Below, piece by piece: positions 23,898 to 38,256 of a DNA stretch of 64,000 nucleotides; the first letter of the stretch is position 1, and every line of letters begins with the position of its first letter. A program made the position numbers and the translations under genes. The DNA is from Bugula neritina. Its lineage: Eukaryota; Animalia; Bryozoa. Location: positions 29,328,640-29,392,639 of the forward strand of contig OZ037766.1 of the NCBI GenBank assembly GCA_964035545.1, written 5' to 3'. Under the pieces are notes generated by a model. It was not told where the DNA came from and did not search any database. It saw only the letters and a program-made list of their open reading frames with translations.

Positions 23898-26800
23898 ACT
23901 TTTCTTACTCTGTTTCAAATCAAATTTAGAGTTTGTTAGTACAGATTTATATGCAACTAGTAGGTTGACTAGTAGTGTTATTAGCATTTCCTCAAGTGTG
24001 GTTAAGGATGAGCTTTTCCTATATCCTTGTTTCCTTTTGCTCACAACTAGTGAAGGCTTTAAAAAGGATGTCAGTGTTTTATAACCATTTATCTATATAT
24101 AGTGATATTATATGGACTACTCCCTTTTGGAATCACTCTGTAAAAATACTGTCTAGTGTTTTCTAAACCTGTACACTGCTAAATAATTTTTTTGTTATTA
24201 TGTATATATTTTTTAGAAATAATTATAAATTCTTTTTACACCTTTATCTTATATGGAATCTAAAAACAATTCATCAAAAATAATATGTCACGTTGCTTTA
24301 CTCCGATTTATGTTGGCGTATGAATTAGTTTAGTTTACTAAAAAAGTTACTGGTGTTGATTATTAAAGTTTAAATCCTTCTTAGGAATTTTTGTAACAAC
24401 ACTGCAAGCAAAATCTAACAAGCATGATTAAAAGACCTTTTTGGTTTAATGGGCTACAGAAAAAAAAAATATTTCGGCTCTATATGTTAGTCTTCAAGTG
24501 CCCTAAAACTTTTATCTAGTGACTAAAACACATCAGCTGATGCTGACACCTAAATTAGATTTTCCACAGCTCTAGGTTAAAGTGGAGGGGTAGACTGAGC
24601 AGCCTTTATAATCTGTCAGAGGTAGAGCTCAGACTATTTTTTGTTGACTTGTCCATAAATATATGTTCTGTGACTTGATTTCTGCATTTAATATATAGTT
24701 TCTACAGAAATAACAGAAATTTGTTTGTTGTATATTTCATTTAAAAACCACAACACTGGTAATTTATTTAATTTAGTTGGTTAGTGAGTAAAACATTTGC
24801 TTTTTAAGAAACCATTAAACAATAATTTGCATAGATTTACTTAAATCCCCATGTAATCTTTAGTTGCTTTGTTATGACACTGGTTAGTCAATATATTCTT
24901 AATCTTTCAAGCTATTATTCAGAAATAAATAAAACTAGATTAGACGTCATATCATAATTATATGGCAATTCTGACGAAGCTTCATAATACTTAATCGTAT
25001 TATCATCACCTCTGAAATGATCATTTTAGCAATTTAGAGAATGTGAATTGTGTAGGGCTTATCATAGATCTATATTGCAATATCATTTGGTAATCATGTA
25101 ATATTCTAAGGAAGGTACAAATAGATAATTTAAAAAAGTGCTTTATATAAGAAAATTCATCCTATAGTTATTTGCAGTTTTGAGCTAAATTTCATACATT
25201 AAGATCAAAAATAAATCAATGTTGAACACTGCATCAAGGTTTGCCATGCCTTATTAACCAATCACTGGCCAATTTCCTGAACACTTGAAAGAGATGTGCA
25301 TTCTGTAGCACCATAAATGTTTTATTTTTTCTATGAAGAAGTTTTGTAGTAGTCATCTAGGCACAAGAATTTTGGTTTGGATAAAAACAGCTTTTCAAGA
25401 AAATAAACCTATCACATGTATCTAGTTATTTTTTATCTTTAGTTTCGTAAGTATATAAAAGTCATAAAGGACATATAAGCTAATATGTACTCATTCCTCA
25501 ATTAAACGGCATGTTCATCTGCTTTCTAAACAGTTTGAAACATTTAAGTGTTATTGGTTTAGTCATTTGAACTACATAGTAACAAGTTTCTGTAGGGGTC
25601 TGACCATCTATAGTCACTACCAAATTGTGTTATAGCAATCTTCCTTTCAGTGCTATTTAAATAGAAATTAATTGTTGTGAGTAGCTTAGACTTTTTAATC
25701 TGAAAAGTATAAGTTTTAAAGAGTACAATGCATGACATCTAGTTGCATACTGCTCTTTCTGTCATTGCTCTGCAGTATCGCATCATATATATTTTTATGC
25801 TGTGGGATGGAAAGTCTCTAAGCCTGTATTCACAATGCTACTCCAATTACCGGGTGATGTAAAACTCACTAACTCTTGGCTTAGATATTGATTTTGTTTG
25901 TAATAAGTTGGTGCTAAGTCCGGAAAAAATTAATTCACTTATTAATTTACTAAAAGGTTGTATATTGGAATGGGTGAAATTTTAGTTGGAAGACCAATTC
26001 ATGGTTATCAATTTCATTTATTTGTTTTATTCAAAGACTCAGATTGAAAACCTGTTACAGGCACTACAGTGGTATTATTTCATCTATTTATATCCCTAAC
26101 CTATTTTGAAAAGACTGAAACATTGTTTGACAGAAATGCCTCTCCCTTCCCGACTGTAAAATTGCCATGTTGCACATGTGACTGCCCAGAAGTCACAGGA
26201 TCTACAGCTTCTCAAGATTACTAGGATGTTTACCTCAGATTCAGTGCTAATACATAAATCATAATCTGCATGTCCTCTTTTCTTATTCTGTATACGGAAG
26301 GCCGCGGTTTACCTTCTAATACCACCTATAAAATGAACATCAATCTAATTTTTCTTAAAGATAATTAAATCTTCAATAGGCTCTGGAATTGCTTACTTTG
26401 TTACAAAACTCACCAGAGCACAATATGAGAGAAGGGGGTACACTTAGAGAATCAGCATTAATATGACAAATGTGGTCTTCAAGTCGTTAATCAGACAGAT
26501 GAAATGCTTTATGCAACATATGCGGTGGTATCAGCTTCATTTATCTAAAACTTATTATTGTATAAGGCACAATCAGAGAGACTGGGGACTCAACTACTCA
26601 TTCTTAAATGTGTAGGCTCTCTAACTTTGCCAATGAGCTGTATCAGGCAATGAATCAGCAAACCCGTGCCATTAGATAACATTTTTCAAGCTCCACAGTT
26701 TAAACAAGTTGTTGAAAACTAGTTAAATGCTATACCTTATATAAACTAGGCTTCTCATTTAACATTTTCTCAATGCAAAATAACAATGTTTACATTTTAT

Positions 26801-29800
26801 TGCCATGACTTTTGTGATATTATCCTAAAGCTGCTTTTCCAATTTTTATGCACAACTACAACCTTGTGCAAAAGTAGGAAATGCTTAGATTATAACTTTT
26901 TACTCCCAGCATTTCGAAGTTGAATGTTCACAACTAAATACAATAGTGTATAATAGTTTCAACAGAACTATTGGTTATATTCTGACGCAGCAGCCTTACT
27001 TTAAAACCATCTTATATAATGTTATCTTTCTAAAGTTTTACACAATGCAGAATATTAAAAAGTAATGAGTTTTTATAGCTTAGTGATAATTCAGGTACTT
27101 TTGGGATTTTTAAAAAGTGAGTATATGGGTGTATAGAGTTGGTGCCAAAATTCTGTGCTGATAGCTTCCCATTTTCAGTAATTAACTTTCAATCAGTGAT
27201 GCAACAGCAATACTTCAGTGATTATTCAACCACTTCTTTAGTGAAATATTAATACAGTAATATAATAATACAGTAAGGTAGTGGGCCTGCTACAGTAATA
27301 TAGCAATACAGTAATATATACTGCATTATTACAGCGATAGCAGTATTACAGTAAAACTGTATTATAGTAATACATTAATATAGCAATTCAATAATTTATA
27401 GTAATAAAATAATAATTAAGACTGTACAATGCAGAGTTTATGCATTATACACATATTATGTAATAGCATAAGCAATTATAGAATATCAATTTCACATAAA
27501 TAATATTATATGATTCTAACAATAGATAATATCATAAATATGGCTGATTTAAAACTAGACATGGCTATTATAAGTTGTTGTCAATTGATAAACCCAGAAG
27601 ATAAAACACTAACTAAATTTTAGGTACAAATGCTTATTTTACTACTAATACAGCTGGTTTTACCTTAAGCTATGTGCTTAACTAGAACTAGGAAAGTGAA
27701 TGAAAACAGGATATGGGGAGGTACAAATCAAGTTCATTTCAGCACTCAGCAATTACAAGGGTGTGTTTGGCAGTTTAATGAGCTCTGGTGTTGCTATTTA
27801 CCAGGTTGGTGGCTCAAAAATGGTCTGAATGTGTTGTGGTGGGCTTATTTTTTGTTAGAAAACTTTCTCAGAAAAGATCAAGTATATCTATATGCTGAGA
27901 CGTATTGCCAAATGTGAGGTTCTACACCTGCAAATATTGCCTTACATTATAAAGATAAATTTCAGCTACTGCATGCTAACTCTGAAAAATATTCAAGTGA
28001 TGAGCTTACGTTGAAAGGGTGTGTCCTAGACATTTATGTATAAAGAGATACATGAGTACATTTCACTGTGTTAGCTAAGTACCTCAAAATTTTAAGTACA
28101 TAGGCCTATGAGGCAAATGTATCTTTTTATTATCCTGCTATACATTAGAGCGCGACTCAATGCAACTATGCTTGTGATTGTAGTCAATGAGCCTGTGTTT
28201 AAAATACAAATTGATAAAGGGCGTTCACCCTTGAATGTCGTCGTATATTGTTAATATTCTTTTAGTGTTACTTTAACTTTACTAAAACCTTCAAAATAAG
28301 ACACTAGGGCCCATAATGTTAGTAAAAACTGTTCCTGACATCACCAAAGACATTGATAGAGTCTAACATGATGATCTCAGATTTGTTGAGTCGCTTTTTC
28401 TCTCTGGGGCTACAAATTTAATAAAATCATCAACACCGTATCAATATTGTTTTTAAATGAAGCTGAAAGCCAGTTTCTGCTCAAACCACATGAAATACTA
28501 TTTTACTCGCTCTTGGTTTTTTCTATTATAAAGCAAATGACCACTATCTTTTGAGTAAAAGACCATAGAACTTCTTTTAAGTAATTACTCTAAAGAGAAA
28601 ATTTCAGCTACTGAAGTAGTACAAAGAGCAATGTTATTTATTTAAAAAACATGTAAAAATTTGGGGAAAGCTTTACTTTAATTTAGCAACATTCTTTTAA
28701 TAAGTAGGTTTACAAAAAACTAGCAATCAAAAGTGGTACACCTCAAACTTTAAGTCCTTTGAATGAAATCAATGGTGTCAAAATAAATCTTACAATTAAG
28801 AATAATGTTTTACCCTTCAATCAATTGCATGACACATATCCCAAATGGGATTTCAACCACATATTTATAGAAACTAGATTAAATAATTCTTGGCTTCTAC
28901 AGTATTCGGCTTACGTAAAAAGTTTAAAAAAATGTGAAGCGCAGCTAACACAAAAAATACATTTATATATAAATCTAGGCCTTAAATATAGATATATAGT
29001 TACCAATATAACATTTTATATATTTTAAGCTTTTTTTTGCATTTATGAAAAATTTCAGTAATTTTAAACTATGATGTTTGTTTTCTTGTCTCTTTCTCTA
29101 AAGTCTAGCAGATCTGAATTACTCCAACCATATTATACTGGCATCTTTATTAGTAGGTGTGTTACTTCTCATGCTTTCTTTCAATAGACAATGTTGTACT
29201 ACCACTCCAGCCTTTATAGTTTAGACATTAGTGGGTAGCTAGATGGCTTGCAAGTTCAATTTTTGATGGGAGCAGAAATTTTTTACAAAAATTGGTACCA
29301 CCGGCTAATTTGGATTAAGTTTTGCAAACCAAGTGACTTATGATAGGGCCATGCAATGGTCTTACCTAAAGTTTAAGGTGCTCAGCCCAACCACAACTCT
29401 TCAATGCATGAACTGCTATTTAACGCCTGTGCTTACTAGTCTTCAATCTTAATCAACTTTTTTTTATTAAATAAGTTTCTTCTAACAAATCATCCCTGAA
29501 TTAACCAATCAGCTGTTTTATATAGCAAGCTCCTGTTTTTGGTAGAATTGTAAATCTATGTGGATGCCATGCAGTCTGTACTTTGCAGTAGAAATTAGCA
29601 TTGTTCAAGGGAATTGTAAGACAGATCTTATTTGTAGAACTTAGAGTAGTGCTAGAGTCTTTCAAGCTGGTCATTTATTAAATTTTTTTGAAAAATAGTT
29701 TTCTGCTTTAAACTTTTAGCTTAAGCTTTGCAGTGCGATTCAAACGGCTTCCAAGCTTTTTAACTTGTGAATCAAATGTGCCGACTTGTGAGAGTTACTT

Positions 29801-31983
29801 ACAAGTTTGGAGGTTGCCAAATTTAGGACACGAATGGCACGACATAAGAGCATAGTTTGAATTAATTATCCTATTCTGCTTCAAGGTTGACAGTTCTATT
29901 CAGTACCAAATGTACCGTGTCACCATCCTATAGCTTGACAATAGAGGCTGATCGACATCCATTCGAGAAATGACAGACAGATGATCTAACAACAGTGCTA
30001 GCATACAGTCTCAGTTTTTGTAGGTTGGTTTTATATCTGTCAGGGAAGATGATAGATTGAATAGTTTTAAAGAAAAAGACTGTTCAAAGTTACCGATTGT
30101 AACATAAAACGAATTTTAATGTAAATTTGCTATGTTCATATTTTAGCTGTACTGAAACAAAGTTTAGTTTATTTGAAAATTCAACTCCCAAATCTTCCAG
30201 ATAAAACTTAATTCCAATTGCTTTTTTTAAATAAAAAGATTGAAAGAATCCAAAATGTGGTACACATTTAACATAAGTTTACTGCTTTCTATCATAATGT
30301 TAGGGTAGATTTATATTTGACTATAATAATATTCTAGCTAACAGATACCATTAACTTTATATACTGACTCCAAACCTGATACTACTTGATACTGAGTATC
30401 TCTCGAAACAGTAAATAAATCTAATGAATGAGATTTGAAATTTTTCCAAACAGCTTTCAGACCAATATAGCAGAATTTTTTGAAAGTTTGACTAGGATTC
30501 AGCATATCGTGGTAAAGTATCCTAGTGTAGTATAGGCATAAATCATACGCTGAATCAGCAAAAGACTTAGAAAGGAAGTGTGTTGGACACTATGTACTAA
30601 TCATATGTTAATATATATACACGTTAGCTGTGGTTATAGCTATTACAAAATGCTCATATAGATGTCCTGAATAAACCCTCTTTTGAAACAGTTGGTGCAG
30701 CTGGCAAATTGTGTTTAATAAGGAAGTTCCTGGCCCACACATTCTATGCCTCTGAGGTCTGACAACGGTAAAGCCACTTTCTGTTGTCAATCTTTAGTTC
30801 ATTTCCTACTGACGTGCTGCTACAGCAGTATTGAAACTGTATCATATGACACTATAAGCTTATAAACTCACTTTTCTCAAATATGTACCTCTAATTCTTT
30901 AAAATTCTAAAAAATAATTTTAACTTTCTACTTGAACATTCAAACACTCAGATCTGATAAAACGATGTAATCTTTAAATAATAAGACAAAGAAATATTTT
31001 CTTACATTCTGAAGAAACAATTAATGAATTAAATACTAACAAAAATGATTGCTCTTTTATTAGAAATTGTATCATATAGTCAACGCCACTTTCTTTTCAC
31101 ACACCCAGCTGTTATAAGCAGCTACCTTTTGTGAAAATGTAAAAGTTGGTCCTTAAACAAGTGTGATAGTAGAATTTACTTCACAGTATTTTAGTGTCTG
31201 ATTTAGACAGATCATTCACAACATATGCTTTTAAAATCTGCTGCTTAAAAATTATTTACTGAAATACTTTCAACAGGTCATTCAAAGGTCAACATGAAAT
31301 ATCTATATAAGATTCTTACAAATGTAAATACAATACAATAATAACACACTCTATTGAAGAACTTTGCTGTATCATTGCTTGCAAACTGCTATATAAAATG
31401 CTTTCCTCGTCAGAGCTACTTGTAGGAGTTTCATATGTTCAGCAGTAATGATAAAGTACTGTCTACATACATAACTCTACCTAACTACCTTAAACCACTT
31501 AACATTGCAGTGTCAGGTTACCCTAGATCACTTCAACAATCTCAGGCATGCATTCTAAGAAGATTAACTACCATCTATACAACATTAGAGCTCATTTGAA
31601 AAGTAATATCATCTTTTGTGTAAATCTTGCATAACAAATACTACAGTTGTATTATTATATAAGTTGTGTTTAGTAGACTACGTTGTCTCAGTCAGCATAG
31701 CTTTTAACTTTCTTTCTCAGGGCTAGTTCATAAGGACATACATTCATTTGGTTAAAAAGCCATGCATTTTATTATATTGAAGATATTGCATAGCATTTGG
31801 TGTTGCTGCCCTATTGAATTAGTTGAATAGAAAAGTTTGTTGATGACTTGAAACCATTTCGAATCTAAGCTAAACTATAATCTATAGCATATTATCAGTT
31901 CACCTTATATTTATCTAGACAATTGAAAGATTTGTGCTCTTGGTACAGGCCTATAAACAACTTATATTGTTGTGGGCAGCTGG

Positions 31984-32189
31984 TTCAGGGAGCAGCGGGT
32001 CTAGGGGTTAGAGCGTTTCCCTAGTAAGTCAAAGAGTCAAGCCCAGACAAAGGCAATTGGTGATGTTAGGAAAGCATCCAGTCATAATTGCTCCTGTGCC
32101 CCATCTGAATATGTCCTTAGCCCGATTTAACAAAAACCCCTCCCATCAGGGATTTTCTCACAGGGATGGTGACTGTATAACTTGCGGGA
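31984..32189 (+). mobile_element. tRNA-derived SINE (MetaSINE-like central domain) with 15-bp target-site duplication
   Basis: A-box-like GGTCTAGGGGTTAGAGCG. Body GGTGATGTTAGGAAAGCATCCAGTCATAA resembles the Meta domain (recalled consensus ..AGGAAGGGCATCCGGCCGTAA). GTTGTGGGCAGCTGG flanks both sides (31969-31983 and 32190-32204). Confidence 0.75.
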
Positions 32190-34849
32190 GTTGTGGGCAG
32201 CTGGCTCTAATTACTGTAGAACATCTGGTTGCAACTGTTTCTTATAAAAACTTAAAGTGTATGACAAAGTATAACTTTAATGTACACTAGCACCAAATTT
32301 TTTCCAGCAAAAACAATTGTGTTGTCAACTTCGGATGCCATAATTTAGGTAGAGTATAATTGGCATGTGTTTTTGCCAATTAATAATATATGAAACCAAA
32401 TATATCTCTCTATAACTATGGTTTTTCCCTACTTGAAGAAAAAGTTAATCTTATGCAACAAGGAGGGTCAGGTCTAGTGATTGTAGAAGTACCAACAACT
32501 GGGCAGTAACTTCAGATGCTCAAAACAGGCATGGCTGTATTTTGTTTTCACTGAAAGCAGAGGCAGACAAAAAATTTCATACATTGGAATTTCTAAACAA
32601 AACAATTTTGGGTTGGACACTTTTAAACTTTCAAGTTAAGGGTTAAAAGTTTAGTGTTTAATGAGCTGAGACACATTAAAATATTCATTTTTAGCTCATT
32701 TATATATAGTTTTTCAATCTATGAATATAAGAAGAAATATGTGGCGCGGAGATAATTGTTCAGAAGCTAGCCCCTTGGTGTAAAATTGCTTTTTCTAAAC
32801 TCCACTTGATAAGCTGTATCTATCATAAATCATTGGCACATAAAATCACATATACCTATTGCCATAAATGTATATAAAAAGACATTTTTACATGTAAATT
32901 AGATATACCGTATATTTGCTTGAAAGAAAAAAATGTAACTTATAGTCACTGCTATATTAAAACAGTTTGAGACATTTAGTTATTGTACAAACATGCACAC
33001 TCATTAGAATAAAGTGAGTTGATGAGTTGATGAGGTAAAATGTGAAATCTATTGCTTTCACTCGTTCCCACACTCTATACATGTTGTCTGAAAATCTCCA
33101 GGGTTTAGCATTATGATGGGATTTGTAAGTTTTTGCCTCTTGTGAAAACTAAGCCAGTTTTTCATATCTCTGTGGCGTATATATTGTGAAATAAAAGTGA
33201 TCCAGTAGAATTACAACGCATGTTTAGTCTCACAGCTATAAGTCTGGTAAAGGATATTTACTCGTGAATTCTGTTATCAAGTGCCTGTTTCATAAATCAT
33301 CAAATTTAATTAGCTGCTCCGTTATTTTGTAAAAGATAAATAATATATTTCAACTTTTGTCCATCCATCAGGTGGTGTCTTACAAACCCATTCTATAAAG
33401 TCTGTAGAAGAGAGCTTCTTTTGCTCTTCCAGACAAAATCTGGATATAAATTAAATCTTTTCTGTTAAGTGGAAATGTAATTAAACGTTTCTTTCTATTG
33501 TAAATTAATTAACTTATAATGTAATTGTCATGGAGAAGATAAGACTAGAATATATGTATGTATTGTAAGGCCAGGGTTGGGTTTTATTCAACAGAAACCA
33601 CTAATTGCTTGACTTAAAATAATTGGCAGTAAGTGCTGGTTATTATCTACAGTGGAAGTAGATCATTTATCTTTAACTTATCAAGATTACGAATAGAAAC
33701 TGGCTGTGACGTTGGAGATTTCAAGATGAATAGTGGTCGAATCACATACTCTTTATTTCATAATTATTTCAACAACTAAAATAATACAAATGATGGATTA
33801 TAATCACGTTTTCGTGCATTCCCATAGTTAATGTAACCAACCCTTATTGTATAGTATAAAACTATATAGGCCTACAATGTCAACACCTGAGTTTTATAAT
33901 AAATTATCATTTTGATTAATTTTTTCTATGTATGAAAAAACGTTTTAAGTTGATTTGAAAGTATTGTATGACAACAACTCAGTTTTCAATTCCATTTTAG
34001 GATTCTTGTCTTTATAGTCTTTAAATTGCTTGCAACTGTAGTGAATTTACTGTAACAACCATGATTTTGCAGAAAATAGAATTTGAACAAACTAGCCATA
34101 TTAAAATGTAATGTTTAAAGAATTTTATTTTTATTTTTAAAGCATTAAACATCGGAAAGATGCAGTAAAACACAGTGAATTTGTTTTAAGTCATAAATTT
34201 ATCTTTTAGGAGTTTTGCCGTCTAAAATATATGTGGATAATGTAAACCAAAATTTTCAAATTATTTCCTTTTAACCAAAAAGCAAATTTGTGTTTACCAG
34301 CTCAAGACATTCTAAAAATATCGCTATTACATTGTTTTTTTATGGAAGTAAATTTTTTCAATTAAAAGTAAGGACTTATAAGCAGCAGCCAAATTTTGTT
34401 GACTGAGTAAAAGCTTTCATTGAAAATAAACTGAAACCAATGACTAAACCCTAAAGATAGCTACAAATCTTTTAAAGATAATGCATAAAGTTTTTGCTTT
34501 GCATAATTTTAGTTGGTCTTCCAGTGCAAAGCTTAAGCCCCCTAATCTGCCTCACACATTTTAATATTATATTGTCTGTTATAATTATGGCTTGTTTTTT
34601 GCTCTTTATTAACATGTTTATTACGTTTGTCAGATAAATCATAATCTGGTCACATCCTAGTACACATTTCATCTTAAACAATATTCCAAAGCTAAGCTCA
34701 GTCATGCAACCCATTGGAAAAAGTTCACAGCGCAACCTTAAAGCAGTTTTATTTTGAAGGGCGGCGGTTTGTCTCACACTTAGATGGTTTTTGTTCGAAA
34801 ATTCACCAATTATTAGAAAAAAAATTCGTTTGCTGATCTAAATATTGAA

Positions 34850-35025
34850 TGGTAACAAAGAACCTGGCACACATAGGACAAAATGTTTTTACTGAATGTT
34901 GACTCATCAAGTGTCTGGCATGCATGGCTAGTCAGCGATTTGGTAAAAGGTTTACCATTGTTTTAAATGAGTAGATCAAAGCGTTGAGGTGACGCACTCA
35001 TTGTATGTAATTTGCATATTAATGA
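34850..35025. promoter_or_regulatory. Candidate enhancer 3' of SoxB2 (TCF, Sox and POU motif cluster)
   Basis: AACAAAG 34854, CATTGTT 34956, AGATCAAAG 34973, TGACG 34990, CATTGTATGTAAT 34999, ATTTGCAT 35010. Confidence 0.4.
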
Positions 35026-36345
35026 TTGAGCAACCCGACTGTTATACATTTTGAATTCATTACTTTGTTAGTGGAAGTGTCCAGGTTGAAACGGGGAAGA
35101 ACAAATTGGTATGACATTTTGGGCGCTGTTCCTTTTGAAATGACCAGATATGAGTCCATTATATTCATTTGTATTTATCATATTCGGTTAGCACCTGTAT
35201 TTATTACCTGTATTATTACTTGTAATTAAAAAAAATTGTGGTGCTACTCACAAGCCGCAACCAGATAATGTAGCACATAGTCAACCTTGGCTTTCATAAT
35301 CTGGTCGTGTCATAAAGATTTTAAATTTAGACAAATTTGGCAGTTAGAGTACATTGATAAATATTTTTATAACTTATTTGAATAAATTGCATTAAAAAAT
35401 CTTCCAACGAAATATTTTAAGATATCATTTAATAAAAACAGCTAATGTAAATCTGGATGAATTAACAACAGCTTATAGTAAAATTAACAGTGTGTGCATG
35501 TATTTAGTTGTAAATATATTTGATTAGCCATTTTGATTGTCTTGTACTCTACAGCAGGCAGTGGCATAGTTTGAGAGAGTATTACCATAACTGTATGCAT
35601 AGCTGAGAGTATTTCTTTGGCCTAATTATAGGTGGCCTTTTAATCAATTTTTGTAAAGCAAGCTTGTTTTTAAGCAATCGTATATTTCTAATTGTTATAT
35701 GCCAGAAAACTTTTAATTCATGTATATTTATAAGAAATTAAAGTATTCATGATGGAAGCAATGTTTTTCTTTTTAATTAATAAATGAAGTGTATTTGGTT
35801 GCGCTGCGGCTCAAATGCCTACTGATTCCTATTTAAACAAAAGTTATAGATTTATTTAAGTGTTTACTGTTTATTTCGAAAACGTTGGTTTCAATCATAT
35901 ATGTGGAATTACTATTTTAAATGCTACAATTAGCAAAACAAAACGTATAATTTAGCAAAGAAAATAGTGAAATCATATTTCAACATTACATTAGAATGCA
36001 AAACTTACTGTTAAATATTAATTATTCTCATCAATAAATCATTTGCGAAAGTCAAAACTAAATCTGGTGTTATTAATCAAAGCTTGCAAAAAAGCAAAAG
36101 TATTTTTTTTAAAAAAGTTTGAATGGGATTAACCGTTTAGCCAACCAAAAGGTGGGGAGTCAAGAGTTTACCGTAGCAAACAGAGAGATGGTGTAAAATT
36201 TCAACAGGTTTGAAAAAACCGGTATCATCAAGAAGTGGTAGAAAGGAGAAGAGAGAATTCTAAAGTCAAAATTTGACTCGAGTCAATTAGATAAATATAA
36301 AAATAACAAAATAAAGATAAAATGATAATAGTTTTAGTGTAGAGC

Positions 36346-37914
36346 TCAATGAGCTACACCAGCCAATGGTCGATAGAGTTCACTTTCTTTCAGTAGTAAG
36401 TACTGGCGTTGAAGTTCTTGATATGAGGGGAGGTAGGAGAGACCCCCGTAAGGATTGTATAGTGAGCTAGTAAGGCTAGTAAAAGTGTCTGTTGATGGTG
36501 CTGATAGCTTACTCGCCATGTCGTAGAAACTGACAGGAGGGGCGGCCAGGAGGGCTGCCCTCATTTTCTCAATAGTGATAGCATCAATGGCTGGTGGAGA
36601 GATGGAGGTTGGAAATGTGAAGGAAGTGGGGAGCATCATGGGATAGTTGGATGAATACTTAGTATCCTTAGCCTTGAGGAGAGACTTTGGCTTTCGTCTT
36701 GGTCTATATTTATACTCGGGATGATCAGACATGTGTTGAGCTCGAAGACGCTTGGCTGAAATAAACATCGTGGTTATTTAAATAAGGCTTGAATAAATTC
36801 TTCTATTTTAAAAAGTGTCTATTGTACCTTTAAGGCACTTTTACTGAGTTTAAGAAAGCTCATACATGTGTACATAACTGGTAGTCACTCACCTTCATCT
36901 ATAAATGGTCTTTTCTCCAGATCTGTTAACGTCTTCCAATCAGCACCCAATCTCTTGCTGATCTCGGAGTTGTGCATTTTGGGGTTATCCTGTGCCATTT
37001 TCCTTCTTTGTGCTCTAGACCTAAGAGTACCAAACATCAGGAAAGTTAAATAAAAGTAGACATCGTAATATCCAGTTTCAATCAATTTTTCTTCGAGACA
37101 ATCGTTAGTTCCAGATATTTGTTGTTGGAACAAAATCGAACCATCCCAAATAATCGGATTAAATTAATTCTAACCACCAGCTCATTGCTGGCAGACAAAC
37201 AGATTGCTTTAGGTTTCCATGGCAACAAGATATGCATCAGCGGCAAGCCCAGGTGCTAGTGAATATTAAGTGACAATAGCAATGCCAGGTTTACAATTGA
37301 AACTGCATTGCGATATTGTGTTGCCATGGTAACATCAGAAAGTTTTGTCATGTTATTCATCAGAGGACAATAGATATGGAAAAATAGAAAAAGGAAATAG
37401 AATGTCGTAGGCATTGATGGGTGATTAGTGGAGAGTCTGTACCAACTAGCATCAGTTAGAATATGATAATGTGAGGAACACAACAAATCAGATGCCTGAT
37501 GAATATTCAGACAGTATAGATTTTGAAAAAAGAATTTGAACGTTTCGCAAAAAATATACTATGCCAAATTCTCATATTGATTCATCTCAATACTGGCTGT
37601 GGGTTGTATAAGTATTTTGCCTTCTACATACTAACAGAATAAATACAGTTTAAACATTCTTTTTATCTCAAAATAGAAAACTCTTCTTATATACCTACAA
37701 TCTGATTTGAAAAGTTAAAATCAAAAAGGGAAATTTTGAAGAGGAAAACACCTTTTATTTAAAAGCTTCTCAACGCAACTTGTGAAGGCTTTCTATAAAA
37801 ATCAACCACCTTTGTAAATGTATGTAAGAGACAAGTAAAGAGCAACACTTACCAAACCATGAAAGCATTCATTGGTCTTTTGATGTGATCCTCTCTGTTA
37901 TGTTCCATCATCAT
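36346..37914 (-). CDS. SoxB2: SoxB2-group HMG-box transcription factor (Sox14/Sox21-like), 3 exons, ~200 aa
   Basis: Exons 37914-37853, 37020-36893 and 36755-36346 give [92 protein letters not shown] very short N-terminus and RRKPK (not RRKTK) after the HMG box are SoxB2 hallmarks. Confidence 0.93.
37213..37333. promoter_or_regulatory. Pair of RFX X-box motifs in SoxB2 intron 1
   Basis: GTTTCCATGGCAAC (37213-37226) and GTTGCCATGGTAAC (37320-37333), each one mismatch from the palindrome GTTGCCATGGCAAC. Confidence 0.65.
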
Positions 37915-38168
37915 TCTATTTGTAGATAAGACGAGATGAAAAAGTAAGTTTAGAAGAATTAAAAAGAAATGAAATATAGTATTCAGCCGTGAAGCTTCGT
38001 TGAAAAGTTTGTATAAGTTTATATCATGTACTGTAATAGGATTTTATCCAGATTGTGTCGAGACACACTTTGTTCCTTTGGATATGAGTTTTAATAGACC
38101 CTGAAGTCCAGGGTTAGTCGAATGCTGTGTTTTGTTTGTTACTAAGTTGGTGATGAGAAACCCTCTAG

Positions 38169-38256
38169 TTTATATAAGACAATCAAACAAAATACTCAGT
38201 TATCCAATCATAACAGAGCATAACAAAAAGTCACTTAGTCAGTGCAGCCATTGGCT
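38169..38256 (-). promoter_or_regulatory. Candidate SoxB2 core promoter (TATA plus two CCAAT boxes)
   Basis: Minus-strand TATATAAA at 38176-38169, about 260 nt upstream of the ATG. CCAAT at 38204-38208 (plus) and AGCCAAT at 38256-38250 (minus). Confidence 0.5.
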
